DNA of 64,000 nucleotides from a bacterium (GTDB lineage: Bacteria; Fidelibacterota; UBA2242): contig JAHJGX010000253.1 of assembly GCA_018824205.1 (NCBI GenBank), positions 126-64,125 on the forward strand, read 5' to 3'. The position numbers and the translations under genes were made by a program. A model generated the notes under the pieces. It saw nothing but the letters and a program-made list of their open reading frames with translations, was not told where the DNA came from and searched no databases. Below are positions 19,882 to 27,993 of this stretch, piece by piece. Every line of letters begins with the position of its first letter. The stretch's first letter is position 1.

Positions 19882-20649
19882 TCAGAACGGTATTGAAAGG
19901 GTAACAAAATAGGGAACAACCGATTTTGAGACATCGCCGGTCGTTTCTTTTTCAGACAACTTTTGTTCCTGATAGTCATAAATCAGCCAGGCAACTCCAC
20001 TGCCCAGCAGACCGCCGGCAATCACATCGGATACAAAGTGACGGTTGTCCGTAATGCGTGAATAACCCACATACGCAGCCAGGGCATGGCTCCCGGCTGC
20101 ATAAATCCATTGTCCGGTTTTATTTCCGCTGCCGGAACCAAAATGATCCAGCACATACAGCGAACTATAACTGGCAATGGCAAAGCTGATCGAGGAATGC
20201 CCCGATGGAAAGGATTTATTCGCATCAAAAATATCTTCTTCCGGATAATTGCTTAAACACGGGCGCTCTCGGCCGATAATGTTTTTTACCACGTTGGTGA
20301 ATAAATAGGTGGCCGATAGTGTCTCGACCAATCCTTTGGAGTGATGGTAGGCGGATGGATTCAGCCAGCCGTCAGTGTTCGGAGTCAGGCCAATTCCCAG
20401 CGCCGTCACACCGGCCGCAGCATAGAGTTTTGAGCTCGAAATAGTGTTTTCATGATAGGGTTTATCGGTTGGGTTTTTGTAAATGGTCCTGCTGCTCCAG
20501 GCCGGTTGGCCATCAAGCCATTTCGCGGTATAAAACACAAGTCCGCCGGCGCCCCACTCCGCCAGTTCCGGAAAAAATCTGATCGGTTCGGCGGCGGATA
20601 CAGTTATTTTAAAACCAATCAGAAGAATCAAAACCCAGATCAATCGCAT
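19882..20649 (-). CDS. PAP2 family (phosphatidic acid phosphatase type 2) secreted phosphatase
   Basis: Motifs KNIIGRERP, PSGHS and SRITDNRHFVSDV, plus a signal peptide. Confidence 0.8.
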   Translation of the reverse strand: MRLIWVLILLIGFKITVSAAEPIRFFPELAEWGAGGLVFYTAKWLDGQPAWSSRTIYKNPTDKPYHENTISSSKLYAAAGVTALGIGLTPNTDGWLNPSAYHHSKGLVETLSATYLFTNVVKNIIGRERPCLSNYPEEDIFDANKSFPSGHSSISFAIASYSSLYVLDHFGSGSGNKTGQWIYAAGSHALAAYVGYSRITDNRHFVSDVIAGGLLGSGVAWLIYDYQEQKLSEKETTGDVSKSVVPYFVTLSIPF

Positions 20650-20656
20650 GAATTTA

Positions 20657-21475
20657 TCACTTTTTTCCTAGCAGCTTCAGAAGTACATCGGGATGGTCGG
20701 TAATGATACCGTCTATCCCGACCTCGATCATTCGCAGCATCTCCGCTTCATCGTTCACTGTCCAGACGAGCACTTCGTAGCCGTGACGGTGCCATCGTTT
20801 CACCTTGTGCTTCCTGATGCGAACCCGCTCCTCAGCGATGATTGCGGGTTTGACCTTGCCGCGGAACAACAGGCGACGCAGCACAACTTTTTCAAAAAGA
20901 CTCAGATCTTCGTCCTTGAATGTTCCCGTGAGCATGCCCCGGCGAATATCGGGATTCTTCTCTTGAAGACGAACCAGCATATAAGGATTGAACGCGGTGA
21001 CAAAAACCTGATCGACCAGGCCCGCCCTTTCTATCTCGGCCACCACCGCATCTGCCAGAGGCTCGTGTGGCGTGCGATCTTTGATCTCAATATCAATCGG
21101 GACCAAGCCGCCAAAACGCTCAAGTACCTCCCGCAAAGTTGGAATCCGCTCACCGGCAAACTCTTCACCAAACCAGCTTCCTGCATCTAGCAATTTGATC
21201 TCCGCCAGTGACAAGTCGCCAATCTCTCCACTGCCATCGGTTGTCCTGTCAACAGTATCGTCATGGATAATCACCACTTCGCTGTCACTCGAAAGCGTAA
21301 CATCCAGCTCAAAACCGACCCCAAGGTCGGCTGCCGCCTGAAATGCAGCCATAGTATTCTCGGGAGCAATACCGGAAAAACCGCGGTGGGCAATCACCTG
21401 AATATCACCGGCCCAGATAAATGTTACGAGCAGGAAAATGATTAATGCTATTCTGAGTATGTTTTTGGATTTCAT
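20657..21475 (-). CDS. Glycerophosphodiester phosphodiesterase (GlpQ/UgpQ family), secreted
   Basis: VIAHRGFSG...ENT and GFELDV...IIHDDTVDRTT motifs. A signal peptide follows M at 21475. Confidence 0.8.
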   Translation of the reverse strand: MKSKNILRIALIIFLLVTFIWAGDIQVIAHRGFSGIAPENTMAAFQAAADLGVGFELDVTLSSDSEVVIIHDDTVDRTTDGSGEIGDLSLAEIKLLDAGSWFGEEFAGERIPTLREVLERFGGLVPIDIEIKDRTPHEPLADAVVAEIERAGLVDQVFVTAFNPYMLVRLQEKNPDIRRGMLTGTFKDEDLSLFEKVVLRRLLFRGKVKPAIIAEERVRIRKHKVKRWHRHGYEVLVWTVNDEAEMLRMIEVGIDGIITDHPDVLLKLLGKK

Positions 21476-21623
21476 GTTAGCCTCCTTTGTAAAGATAGGA
21501 ATATTGGCTGCATCGGGCAAGCCTATTTATAAAAACATGCTGGGATGTTTGGATACAGCAAGCGCAAACGGGCTGCCAATAAATTCTGTTTGATAGTGAT
21601 TTTATCGGTAGAAAAAGCAGGGT

Positions 21624-21773
21624 TTACTCTACCGGTTTGTAAAAACAAACTTTTGGAGATTCCACCTTGCCCTGATCTTTCAGGGTCTTGATTGCTTTGG
21701 CTACCTGGGCTTTATCCACATTAATCATCTCGGCAATGTCACCCGCCTTCACTGGTTTTCCCGCTTTTTTCAT
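21624..21773 (-). CDS. Small (49 aa) putative winged-helix DNA-binding protein
   Basis: Translates to MKKAGKPVKAGDIAEMINVDKAQVAKAIKTLKDQGKVESPKVCFYKPVE, which is HTH-like. It is below the ORF-track length cut-off. Confidence 0.3.
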   Translation of the reverse strand: MKKAGKPVKAGDIAEMINVDKAQVAKAIKTLKDQGKVESPKVCFYKPVE

Positions 21774-22622
21774 GGCTTCCAGTACTTTGTGTTCTAATTC
21801 CATCTCTTACTCCTGTAATTAATTATTTACACATTAATCTATTTTAACTATTTGATCGGCAAAAGACAACGTCATTACGATTATTGAATATAAGCTCTGT
21901 TATAACTATCATCGCTTTCATAATTATGATAATTGCCCGGATGAATTACATGAACCTTGCAAATACCGACACTCCCTTTTTTTAGAATAAAGATCTACTT
22001 GAACAGTTTTGCCAAATGCACGGAAACTGGACTGTTTCTGGTCTCCCTGGTAATTTTAATCGTAATTACCGGTTTAATTGTTGTATTTCAGTCATTAAAA
22101 GCCGCGTCTGCCAACCGGGTGGATTCAATTAAATATAAGTAATTATTGATCTCCGGCAAACGCTTTCTGGCACCTCGATAACGACGGCGTTTTCTGGTTG
22201 AGATATCAGTCACTCTGGGAATACCCGTTTTCTCGTCACTATTCCCCCTAAAATAACGTCTTTGGAGCATTTTTACCAAAACTCAACTTAGATCTTCCTG
22301 GCTGTGCCCTGAAAAGTCAGGTTTTTTATCCCGGCGGCACTGCAGAGCAGTCTAATCATAACCCCGCCTCTCATTACGATGCTGAGAATCACCAGGCGCA
22401 CAGCAATACTGGAATATCATAGCTGGTAGAATTAATATATTCGATATCTACAAAATAGATCCTTAATAATTTCAGCGATACGGTGTATGCTTTTAAAAAT
22501 TTCTAAAATATTCTATTTTTATTGTAAAATGAAATCACTGTAATTAAATTTACAACAGCTTCTTGAAAATATGTTTTTATACTAATCCCATAACAACAAA
22601 CCCATAAAAGAAGGAGTTTAAA

Positions 22623-23060
22623 ATGAATGCTAAAAAAATGGTTATCTTAATGACTGTGTTTTTAGTTTCTTTTTTTACTGTTTTGGCTCAAACTGAAAAA
22701 AAAGTCGATGATCCATTAGAATGTTTGAAAAAGGATCTTAATCTGACCGAACAGCAGGTTAAACTGATTAAGCCCGTCTGGGAAAAAGCTGCGGCGGATA
22801 TCAAAGCCCTAAAGAGCAAAGCAACCATGGAAAAGCCGGTCGACAAAAATTCGATACAAAAGATCGAGGAAGATCGGGAAGCTCAAACCGTAAATATTCT
22901 TACTCCTGAACAAAAAATGAAGTACAAAGAGATGAAACTGAAAGAGGCTGAAAAACCAAAATGTTCTCAAGCACCGGCACCCGCACCGGAAAAGCTAAAA
23001 GAGGCTGATAAGGCAAAGTGTCCTCAGGCACCCGCACCAGCACCGGAAAAGAAGAAATAA
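22623..23060 (+). CDS. Secreted LTXXQ-motif (Spy/CpxP-like) periplasmic protein with a C-terminal tandem repeat
   Basis: Signal peptide, an LNLTEQQ motif and an AAGGAG SD. A 57 bp tandem duplication encodes KLKEAEKPKCSQAPAPAPEK twice. Confidence 0.5.
   Translation: MNAKKMVILMTVFLVSFFTVLAQTEKKVDDPLECLKKDLNLTEQQVKLIKPVWEKAAADIKALKSKATMEKPVDKNSIQKIEEDREAQTVNILTPEQKMKYKEMKLKEAEKPKCSQAPAPAPEKLKEADKAKCPQAPAPAPEKKK
22945..23058 (+). repeat. Two 57 bp units in tandem within the coding sequence
   Basis: CTGAAAGAGGCTGAAAAACCAAAATGTTCTCAAGCACCGGCACCCGCACCGGAAAAG is followed by a near-copy. Confidence 0.8.
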
Positions 23061-23090
23061 TCTCAAATTGATTAAAACATTTGAAGTTAA

Positions 23091-23126
23091 AGGCTGTTCA
23101 TGATTATGAGCAGCCTTTAATTTTCT
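23091..23126 (+). terminator. Candidate rho-independent terminator
   Basis: AGGCTGTTCA-TGATTA-TGAGCAGCCT hairpin followed by TTAATTTTC. Confidence 0.5.
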
Positions 23127-23493
23127 TTCGTCGCAATGCTCCCGGCCTGAGGAGAAAAACAAGCTTTTACATTTTCAATAGCTGACGCCTTTGTTCTATG
23201 AGCGAAGTAAAAATTTCTTTCGTTACTTCCGGGAGAAAACTCTTCTTAATAAGTTCATACCACCGATCAAATGAATACGAAAATCTTGCCGGTCAAGTAT
23301 AAACCGGCAATGTTCAAGGATTTTTACTGGAATAAAAGTAAAACATGGAGAATAATCAGATATTTTGCAGGATAATTAGAAATACAGCAATAATTGCTGT
23401 TAAAACAGTATTTATCTTGCTTCGTTATAACTTGGTAATCTGATAAAATAACTTTTCGCAAAGTTGCTTTATACAATGTTTCACCATTAAGTA

Positions 23494-23655
23494 TTTAGGA
23501 GTAGCCCCGGATTTTAATCCGGGGACCTGTTGAAGTGGTTGAGGAGGGGGAGCTACGACTTCTTATCCCCGCATTAAAATGCGGGGTTACCCTTTGCTTT
23601 GGCGGAATTCATCCTCAAATTGAAACATGGGGCTGCTCCTAAATCATCATTCGTT
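23494..23655 (+). repeat. Structured intergenic element, copy A. It has 15-16 bp terminal inverted repeats (ATTTAGGAGTAGCCCC / GGGGCTGCTCCTAAAT) and internal GC-clamped hairpins.
   Basis: Its 5' module is shared with copy C, and its 3' module with copies B and C. Hairpins CCCCGGA-TTTTAA-TCCGGGG and CCCCGCAT-TAAA-ATGCGGGG are present. Confidence 0.8.
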
Positions 23656-23749
23656 AATCCTTGTTATTAGATCAAATCCATACATTTTACTATTGACCTG
23701 TTCCTTGCAATTCATTACATTTACTCATCGTTAACAATGAGTTATTGAA

Positions 23750-24367
23750 ATGAAATGGCAAGACTTCCTCAAACGGTTCGGCAACGAGATTATCTTTGAA
23801 TCCGGCAGTATTTCTGTCGGAGAGGCAAGAAGCCGCAACATTCAGAATAGATTATACCAGTGGGTGATGCAAGGAAAGCTCATTAAACTCCGCAGGGGCA
23901 TTTATACATTTTGCGCACCCTATCGAAAAGAAACGCCATCAAGCGAATTGATTGCAAACCGGCTGGTGTACCCGTCATATATTTCACTGACTTATGCTCT
24001 CTTTTTTTACAATCTCATTCCTGAAGGCGTCTTTACAGTTACAAATGTCACGACGGATCGCGGGCAATTTTTCACCAATCCATTCGGAAGATTCCGTTAT
24101 CATCATATCAGCGCGGATTATTTCTGGGGGTATTATCTCCTGGATCAGGGATCGCATCAAATTTCGATTGCCTACCCCGAAAAAGCCATTCTTGATTTTT
24201 TCTACTTTCTGAAAGGTGATATATCTTCAGACAGAATCACAGAAATGAGGTTTCAAAACCTGGATCAACTTTCGGCAGAAAGGATGATCGATTATCTCCG
24301 AAAGTTTAATCGTCCAAAACTATATCGAATAATGCAGTTAGCGCCCTTTAATAAATTTATCAAATAA
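23750..24367 (+). CDS. abiEi: AbiEi-family antitoxin/transcriptional regulator of a type IV TA abortive-infection system
   Basis: The N-terminal wHTH block QWVMQGKLIKLRRGIYTF is typical of AbiEi_4. It lies 15 bp upstream of the AbiEii gene. Confidence 0.7.
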   Translation: MKWQDFLKRFGNEIIFESGSISVGEARSRNIQNRLYQWVMQGKLIKLRRGIYTFCAPYRKETPSSELIANRLVYPSYISLTYALFFYNLIPEGVFTVTNVTTDRGQFFTNPFGRFRYHHISADYFWGYYLLDQGSHQISIAYPEKAILDFFYFLKGDISSDRITEMRFQNLDQLSAERMIDYLRKFNRPKLYRIMQLAPFNKFIK

Positions 24368-24381
24368 GGTTCGGATTTTAC

Positions 24382-25182
24382 TTGAAACAACATGCTATCG
24401 AGATTGCGAAACACGTTCCAACAGGATTCCATCGACAAAACCTTTTGAGAGAATATCTGCAAGCCGAGATTTTATATGCAATGCAGCGATCGGGCGCTTT
24501 TCTGAATCTCGCTTTTGTCGGCGGCACAGCCCTGCGGTTTTTATATCAACTTCCCCGATATTCTGTTGATCTGGATTTTTCTCTCGAAAACACCCAAAAT
24601 TATGATTTTCCGAAACTTATCAAAAAAATTGAATCCCGATTGATCAAAGCCGGATATAGATTTTCATCAACAGCAAAAATTGATCGCACCGTACAATCCA
24701 TGACAGTAAAATTTGAAGATCTGTTACAGGAAGCCGGTTTGGCTGCTCAATCAAATCAAAAACTATCCATTAAAATTGAAATCGACCGTAATCCTCCCGC
24801 AGGCGCTGACACCGATTCTACGATTATCCGCAAACACTTCTTTTTACATTTGTGGCATCATCATATCTCTTCCCTTTTTTCAGGAAAAATACACGCCCTG
24901 CTGACCCGCAAATGGACAAAAGGCCGAGATATTTACGATTTGATCTGGTATCTCACTTTAACGAATAAAGTCGGTCCCAATTTTACTCATCTGAATAATG
25001 CACTTGTACAGACCAGGTGGAAAGAACAGCCGTTGACGCCGCAAAACTGGAAGATGTTTATCGCTGACTATCTAAAAAAGCTGGAATGGGACAGTGTCGT
25101 CGATGACGTTCGGGATTTCCTGGAGAATCCGGAAGATGTGGATTTGCTGGATCGGAATAATGTGATGAGATTGTTGATATAA
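24382..25182 (+). CDS. abiEii: AbiEii/AbiGii-family nucleotidyltransferase toxin (DUF1814)
   Basis: LAFVGGTALRFLY...RYSVDLDFS is a nucleotidyltransferase motif, and the length is 266 aa. Confidence 0.75.
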   Translation: MKQHAIEIAKHVPTGFHRQNLLREYLQAEILYAMQRSGAFLNLAFVGGTALRFLYQLPRYSVDLDFSLENTQNYDFPKLIKKIESRLIKAGYRFSSTAKIDRTVQSMTVKFEDLLQEAGLAAQSNQKLSIKIEIDRNPPAGADTDSTIIRKHFFLHLWHHHISSLFSGKIHALLTRKWTKGRDIYDLIWYLTLTNKVGPNFTHLNNALVQTRWKEQPLTPQNWKMFIADYLKKLEWDSVVDDVRDFLENPEDVDLLDRNNVMRLLI

Positions 25183-25240
25183 ATATAGTTTCAAACTACG
25201 AATTACACTAATTTTACCAATTAGTTTTGACCAGCGCTGT

Positions 25241-25335
25241 AAACCACTGAAGTGGGTGAGGAAGGTAGTGGTCTGGTTTCTCTTTCCCCATGTTGAAACA
25301 TGGGGCTACTCCTAAATCATCATTCATCCGTTCCG
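25241..25335 (+). repeat. Structured intergenic element, copy B. It is partial and carries only the 3' module.
   Basis: AACCACTGAAGTGGGT hairpin, a purine-rich linker, CCCCATGTT-GAA-ACATGGGG hairpin, and the right TIR GGGGCTACTCCTAAATCATCATTC. Confidence 0.8.
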
Positions 25336-25435
25336 GGAGGGAGCCCCAGAATGAAAGATGGTATTATTTTGCTATTATAAAATCAATGGAGATCAACCAA
25401 ACCTTGCGAAGGTTCGGAACCTTCGCAAGGTTGCT

Positions 25436-27409
25436 TTATTTCTTCCCAGTATCAAAAACAGGAATGTTGGTTGTGCTGGTGCTTTTTGAAGGAACACTGT
25501 AAGACCTCATTGGAGTTAAATTCTCAAGATTGTATAAAACTATAAATATTCTTGCCTCAAAGTCTGAAGGTTTTCCATGACCACCAAATGTTGATGGATT
25601 CATTATATGGTTTGGATAAGTACTATGCTCTATAAACATGAGTTGGTGACCTGTTTCATGTGAAACCATCCGTGTTACATTTTCAATCTCCAAAGGTTCA
25701 TAATCAGGAAGACCTCTTAATCTGACAATTCCTTTTTTTGGCAGAAAATTTTCATAAATCATTGATGAATAAGCTGCGCCAGGGCCGTAATTATATTTCA
25801 TCCTTCCTCCTGTTTCTGGATTTAAATCTACTTCTGTAAAAACCTCAAATGGTTCAATATTCATCTCTTCTGCTGCCTTTTGCACTGCCTTATTCCAGCT
25901 GTCAAAGCCTTTCCAGACGCTGTCAGCATATGCTGCTCCTCTTCCTTCAAAAATGTCATAAGCACCTGTTGTATCCAGATAGGTTCTGTTTAGCCAGCAG
26001 CTTACTGGCAGATTATTCCATCTCCTGATATCAAAAACAGGTGCTGTATCTAATTTAGTCAGGAATTTGAAGAAACTCAACAAATCCTCACCAGTAACCG
26101 GATCAGTATACTGTTCAATCATCTGTGTTACATCTATGTTTGTGTTTCCATTTACTCCCATGTCTTTGTCATAATTATAATAGCCTGCTTTTTTTACTGA
26201 AAATGTTTTCTCTCCTGGGCTTCTTACCTTTAACTCAAAATATCCAGAATCTGAAAATGCAGTTGCAGTGCCAAAAGAAACAACAGCAGAATCAACACCA
26301 AACATATTAGGAACCTGCTTAAGAAAGCCGGAAAGCAAATAAAAACCGGTTTCAGCACCAGAAGAATTGCTTACAGAAGAAACATTGCCCTTTTCATCCA
26401 AAGCTTTAATAGCAGCATAGATTGTGTCAGAGATGTCAGAATAAATATTCATAGTCTGCACTGAACCAGCATTAAAAGGAACAGGTTCGCCATTAACATC
26501 AACTGAAGAATTCCAATTAGAGGAATCAATAGGAACAGAATTAATTCTCACAACATAAGCAGATGCTTTTCCAACATTGCCATCATCTCCAGGAGCTGTC
26601 CACTGAAGAGCAATAGCACCAACATTAGAAGTGGAAACATTCAAGTCATTAACAACAGCAGGAGACACATCATCAAAAAGTGAAGCCAGAACAGTAAACG
26701 CAGTGTCATTCAGAAGATGAATCGTCCGTGAAACAGTTTCAATCTTCGGACTTGTTGAGTCGGTATTCTCAAACGTAAGTTGACATTCATTGGGAAAAGA
26801 ATGAAGTGATTTGGCAAGCGGTTGTTTCAGCGGCTTACCGGCGCTGACATAAGTGGAATGATTACCACCTCCTTCCATACAGAGACACTTGCGGCTGCGC
26901 GTCCCCGCCGGAGTTTGCAGTTGAATGATATAGACGCCGCTGGCGACGGCGCGCCCGGTTTTGCCCGTGCCGTTCCAGTATATTGTATGATTAGCTGCGG
27001 AATACAGCCGATCAGTAAGGGTTACGACATGGCTGCCCGTGATGGAATATATTGAAATTTTCACCGGTAACGGTTTGTCCAATGAAAACGGAATGCAGGT
27101 TCCGGGATTGAAGGGATTGGGATAATTTTGATACAGCTGAAAGCTCCGTGGAACATCGGGCGTATCGTCGACGGACAGCGCCATATTTTGAAAGAAGGCA
27201 ACGCCGTTGCTGTCGGTGATGGCGTTAAGAGTTTCACCGGTCCAGCTGTTCTGCAGGGTTCCCAGGGCATTGTGCACCGGCTGATTGTCGGCTGACAGCG
27301 TTACCTGCACATCGGCGGTCTGTGCCGGCAGGAAGCCGGACGTCAGGACCAGCAGGAACATCAGAATAATGATAAATGCCGGCGGTCCGCGGGACCGGCT
27401 ATGGGACAT
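25436..27409 (-). CDS. Secreted protein with an internal (N-proximal) T9SS CTD-like domain followed by FN3-like and HExxH zincin regions; it is a possible fusion
   Basis: Signal peptide after M at 27409. QNYPNPFNPGTCIPF...ISIYSITGSHV...GVYIIQLQ lies at residues about 140-215. FN3-like blocks follow, and HETGHQLMFIEH is at the C-terminus. Confidence 0.5.
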   Translation of the reverse strand: MSHSRSRGPPAFIIILMFLLVLTSGFLPAQTADVQVTLSADNQPVHNALGTLQNSWTGETLNAITDSNGVAFFQNMALSVDDTPDVPRSFQLYQNYPNPFNPGTCIPFSLDKPLPVKISIYSITGSHVVTLTDRLYSAANHTIYWNGTGKTGRAVASGVYIIQLQTPAGTRSRKCLCMEGGGNHSTYVSAGKPLKQPLAKSLHSFPNECQLTFENTDSTSPKIETVSRTIHLLNDTAFTVLASLFDDVSPAVVNDLNVSTSNVGAIALQWTAPGDDGNVGKASAYVVRINSVPIDSSNWNSSVDVNGEPVPFNAGSVQTMNIYSDISDTIYAAIKALDEKGNVSSVSNSSGAETGFYLLSGFLKQVPNMFGVDSAVVSFGTATAFSDSGYFELKVRSPGEKTFSVKKAGYYNYDKDMGVNGNTNIDVTQMIEQYTDPVTGEDLLSFFKFLTKLDTAPVFDIRRWNNLPVSCWLNRTYLDTTGAYDIFEGRGAAYADSVWKGFDSWNKAVQKAAEEMNIEPFEVFTEVDLNPETGGRMKYNYGPGAAYSSMIYENFLPKKGIVRLRGLPDYEPLEIENVTRMVSHETGHQLMFIEHSTYPNHIMNPSTFGGHGKPSDFEARIFIVLYNLENLTPMRSYSVPSKSTSTTNIPVFDTGKK

Positions 27410-27622
27410 CAGCGGGATTTTTGAATGGCGAACGCGGAGGCGTTGTTTCACGCGGGGCAGAGCATACCAGCGTCCCTTGCCGTTCAGCAAATCCAGGTTG
27501 GGCATCTCCCGCAGGGATTCCCATACTACTGCTTTCAGATTGCTTTCGAGGTTACCGGCCATAATCTGTTATTATAGCCGATAAAATCATTAGTTTCAAT
27601 GAATTTATCACACAATTGAATC

Positions 27623-27770
27623 TTTAGGAGTAGCCCCGGATTTTAATCCGGGGACCTGCCATCAACTCTACACGCCTGAACCGTTTCAACGGTTTACAAA
27701 AAACCACTGAAGTGGTTGAGGAGGGGGTGGCATGGTTTCTCATTCCCCGTGTTGAAACATGGGGCTACTC
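27623..27770 (+). repeat. Structured intergenic element, copy C. It is followed by two further hairpins (to about 27835).
   Basis: Same 5' module as copy A, an extra AACCGTT-TCA-ACGGTT hairpin, AACCACT-GA-AGTGGTT, and CCCCGTGTT-GAA-ACATGGGG, which carries a G-U wobble relative to copy B. Confidence 0.8.
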
Positions 27771-27807
27771 TTACCTCAGACGCCCTTGTCTGAGGGATTT
27801 ACAACAA

Positions 27808-27993
27808 TCAAGAGTGATTGTTGTACGTTTCCAACTCATCACAATCCGCACCGCAACTGTCTTTCATCAGGCAGGAATCACAGACCGATTGCGGCTTTTT
27901 TACTGTTTTATAAAACCGTTTAAACAGCGCAATTACACTGGCAATAACCACAACTGCAACAATAATAATTTGCCAGCTCACTTTACCCTCCAA
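27808..27993 (-). CDS. FeoB-associated Cys-rich small membrane protein
   Basis: 61 aa with one TM helix and a C-terminal CDSCLMKDSCGADC cluster. It lies immediately downstream of feoB and overlaps it. Confidence 0.6.
   Translation of the reverse strand: MEGKVSWQIIIVAVVVIASVIALFKRFYKTVKKPQSVCDSCLMKDSCGADCDELETYNNHS

Noticed and set aside
23494-23655. tRNA or tmRNA-like gene
   Set aside because: There is no T-loop (GTTCRANNC) or D-loop signature and no 7 bp acceptor plus 5 bp anticodon geometry. No tRNA-like sequence was spotted in any intergenic region.
23494-27770. The structured elements A/B/C as a CRISPR array
   Set aside because: The copies are 95-160 bp, are not identical, and are spaced 1.7-2.4 kb apart with genes between them. 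They are not short regular repeats with spacers.
23494-27770. The structured elements as integron attC sites in a CALIN (cluster of attC sites lacking an integron-integrase)
   Set aside because: They do form cassette-like boundaries. They lack the GTTRRRY / RYYYAAC core sites, they consist of several perfect hairpins rather than one long imperfect bulged stem, the cargo orientations are mixed, and there is no intI in the window. The hypothesis is not excluded, but the MITE/BOX-like or RNA interpretation is favoured.
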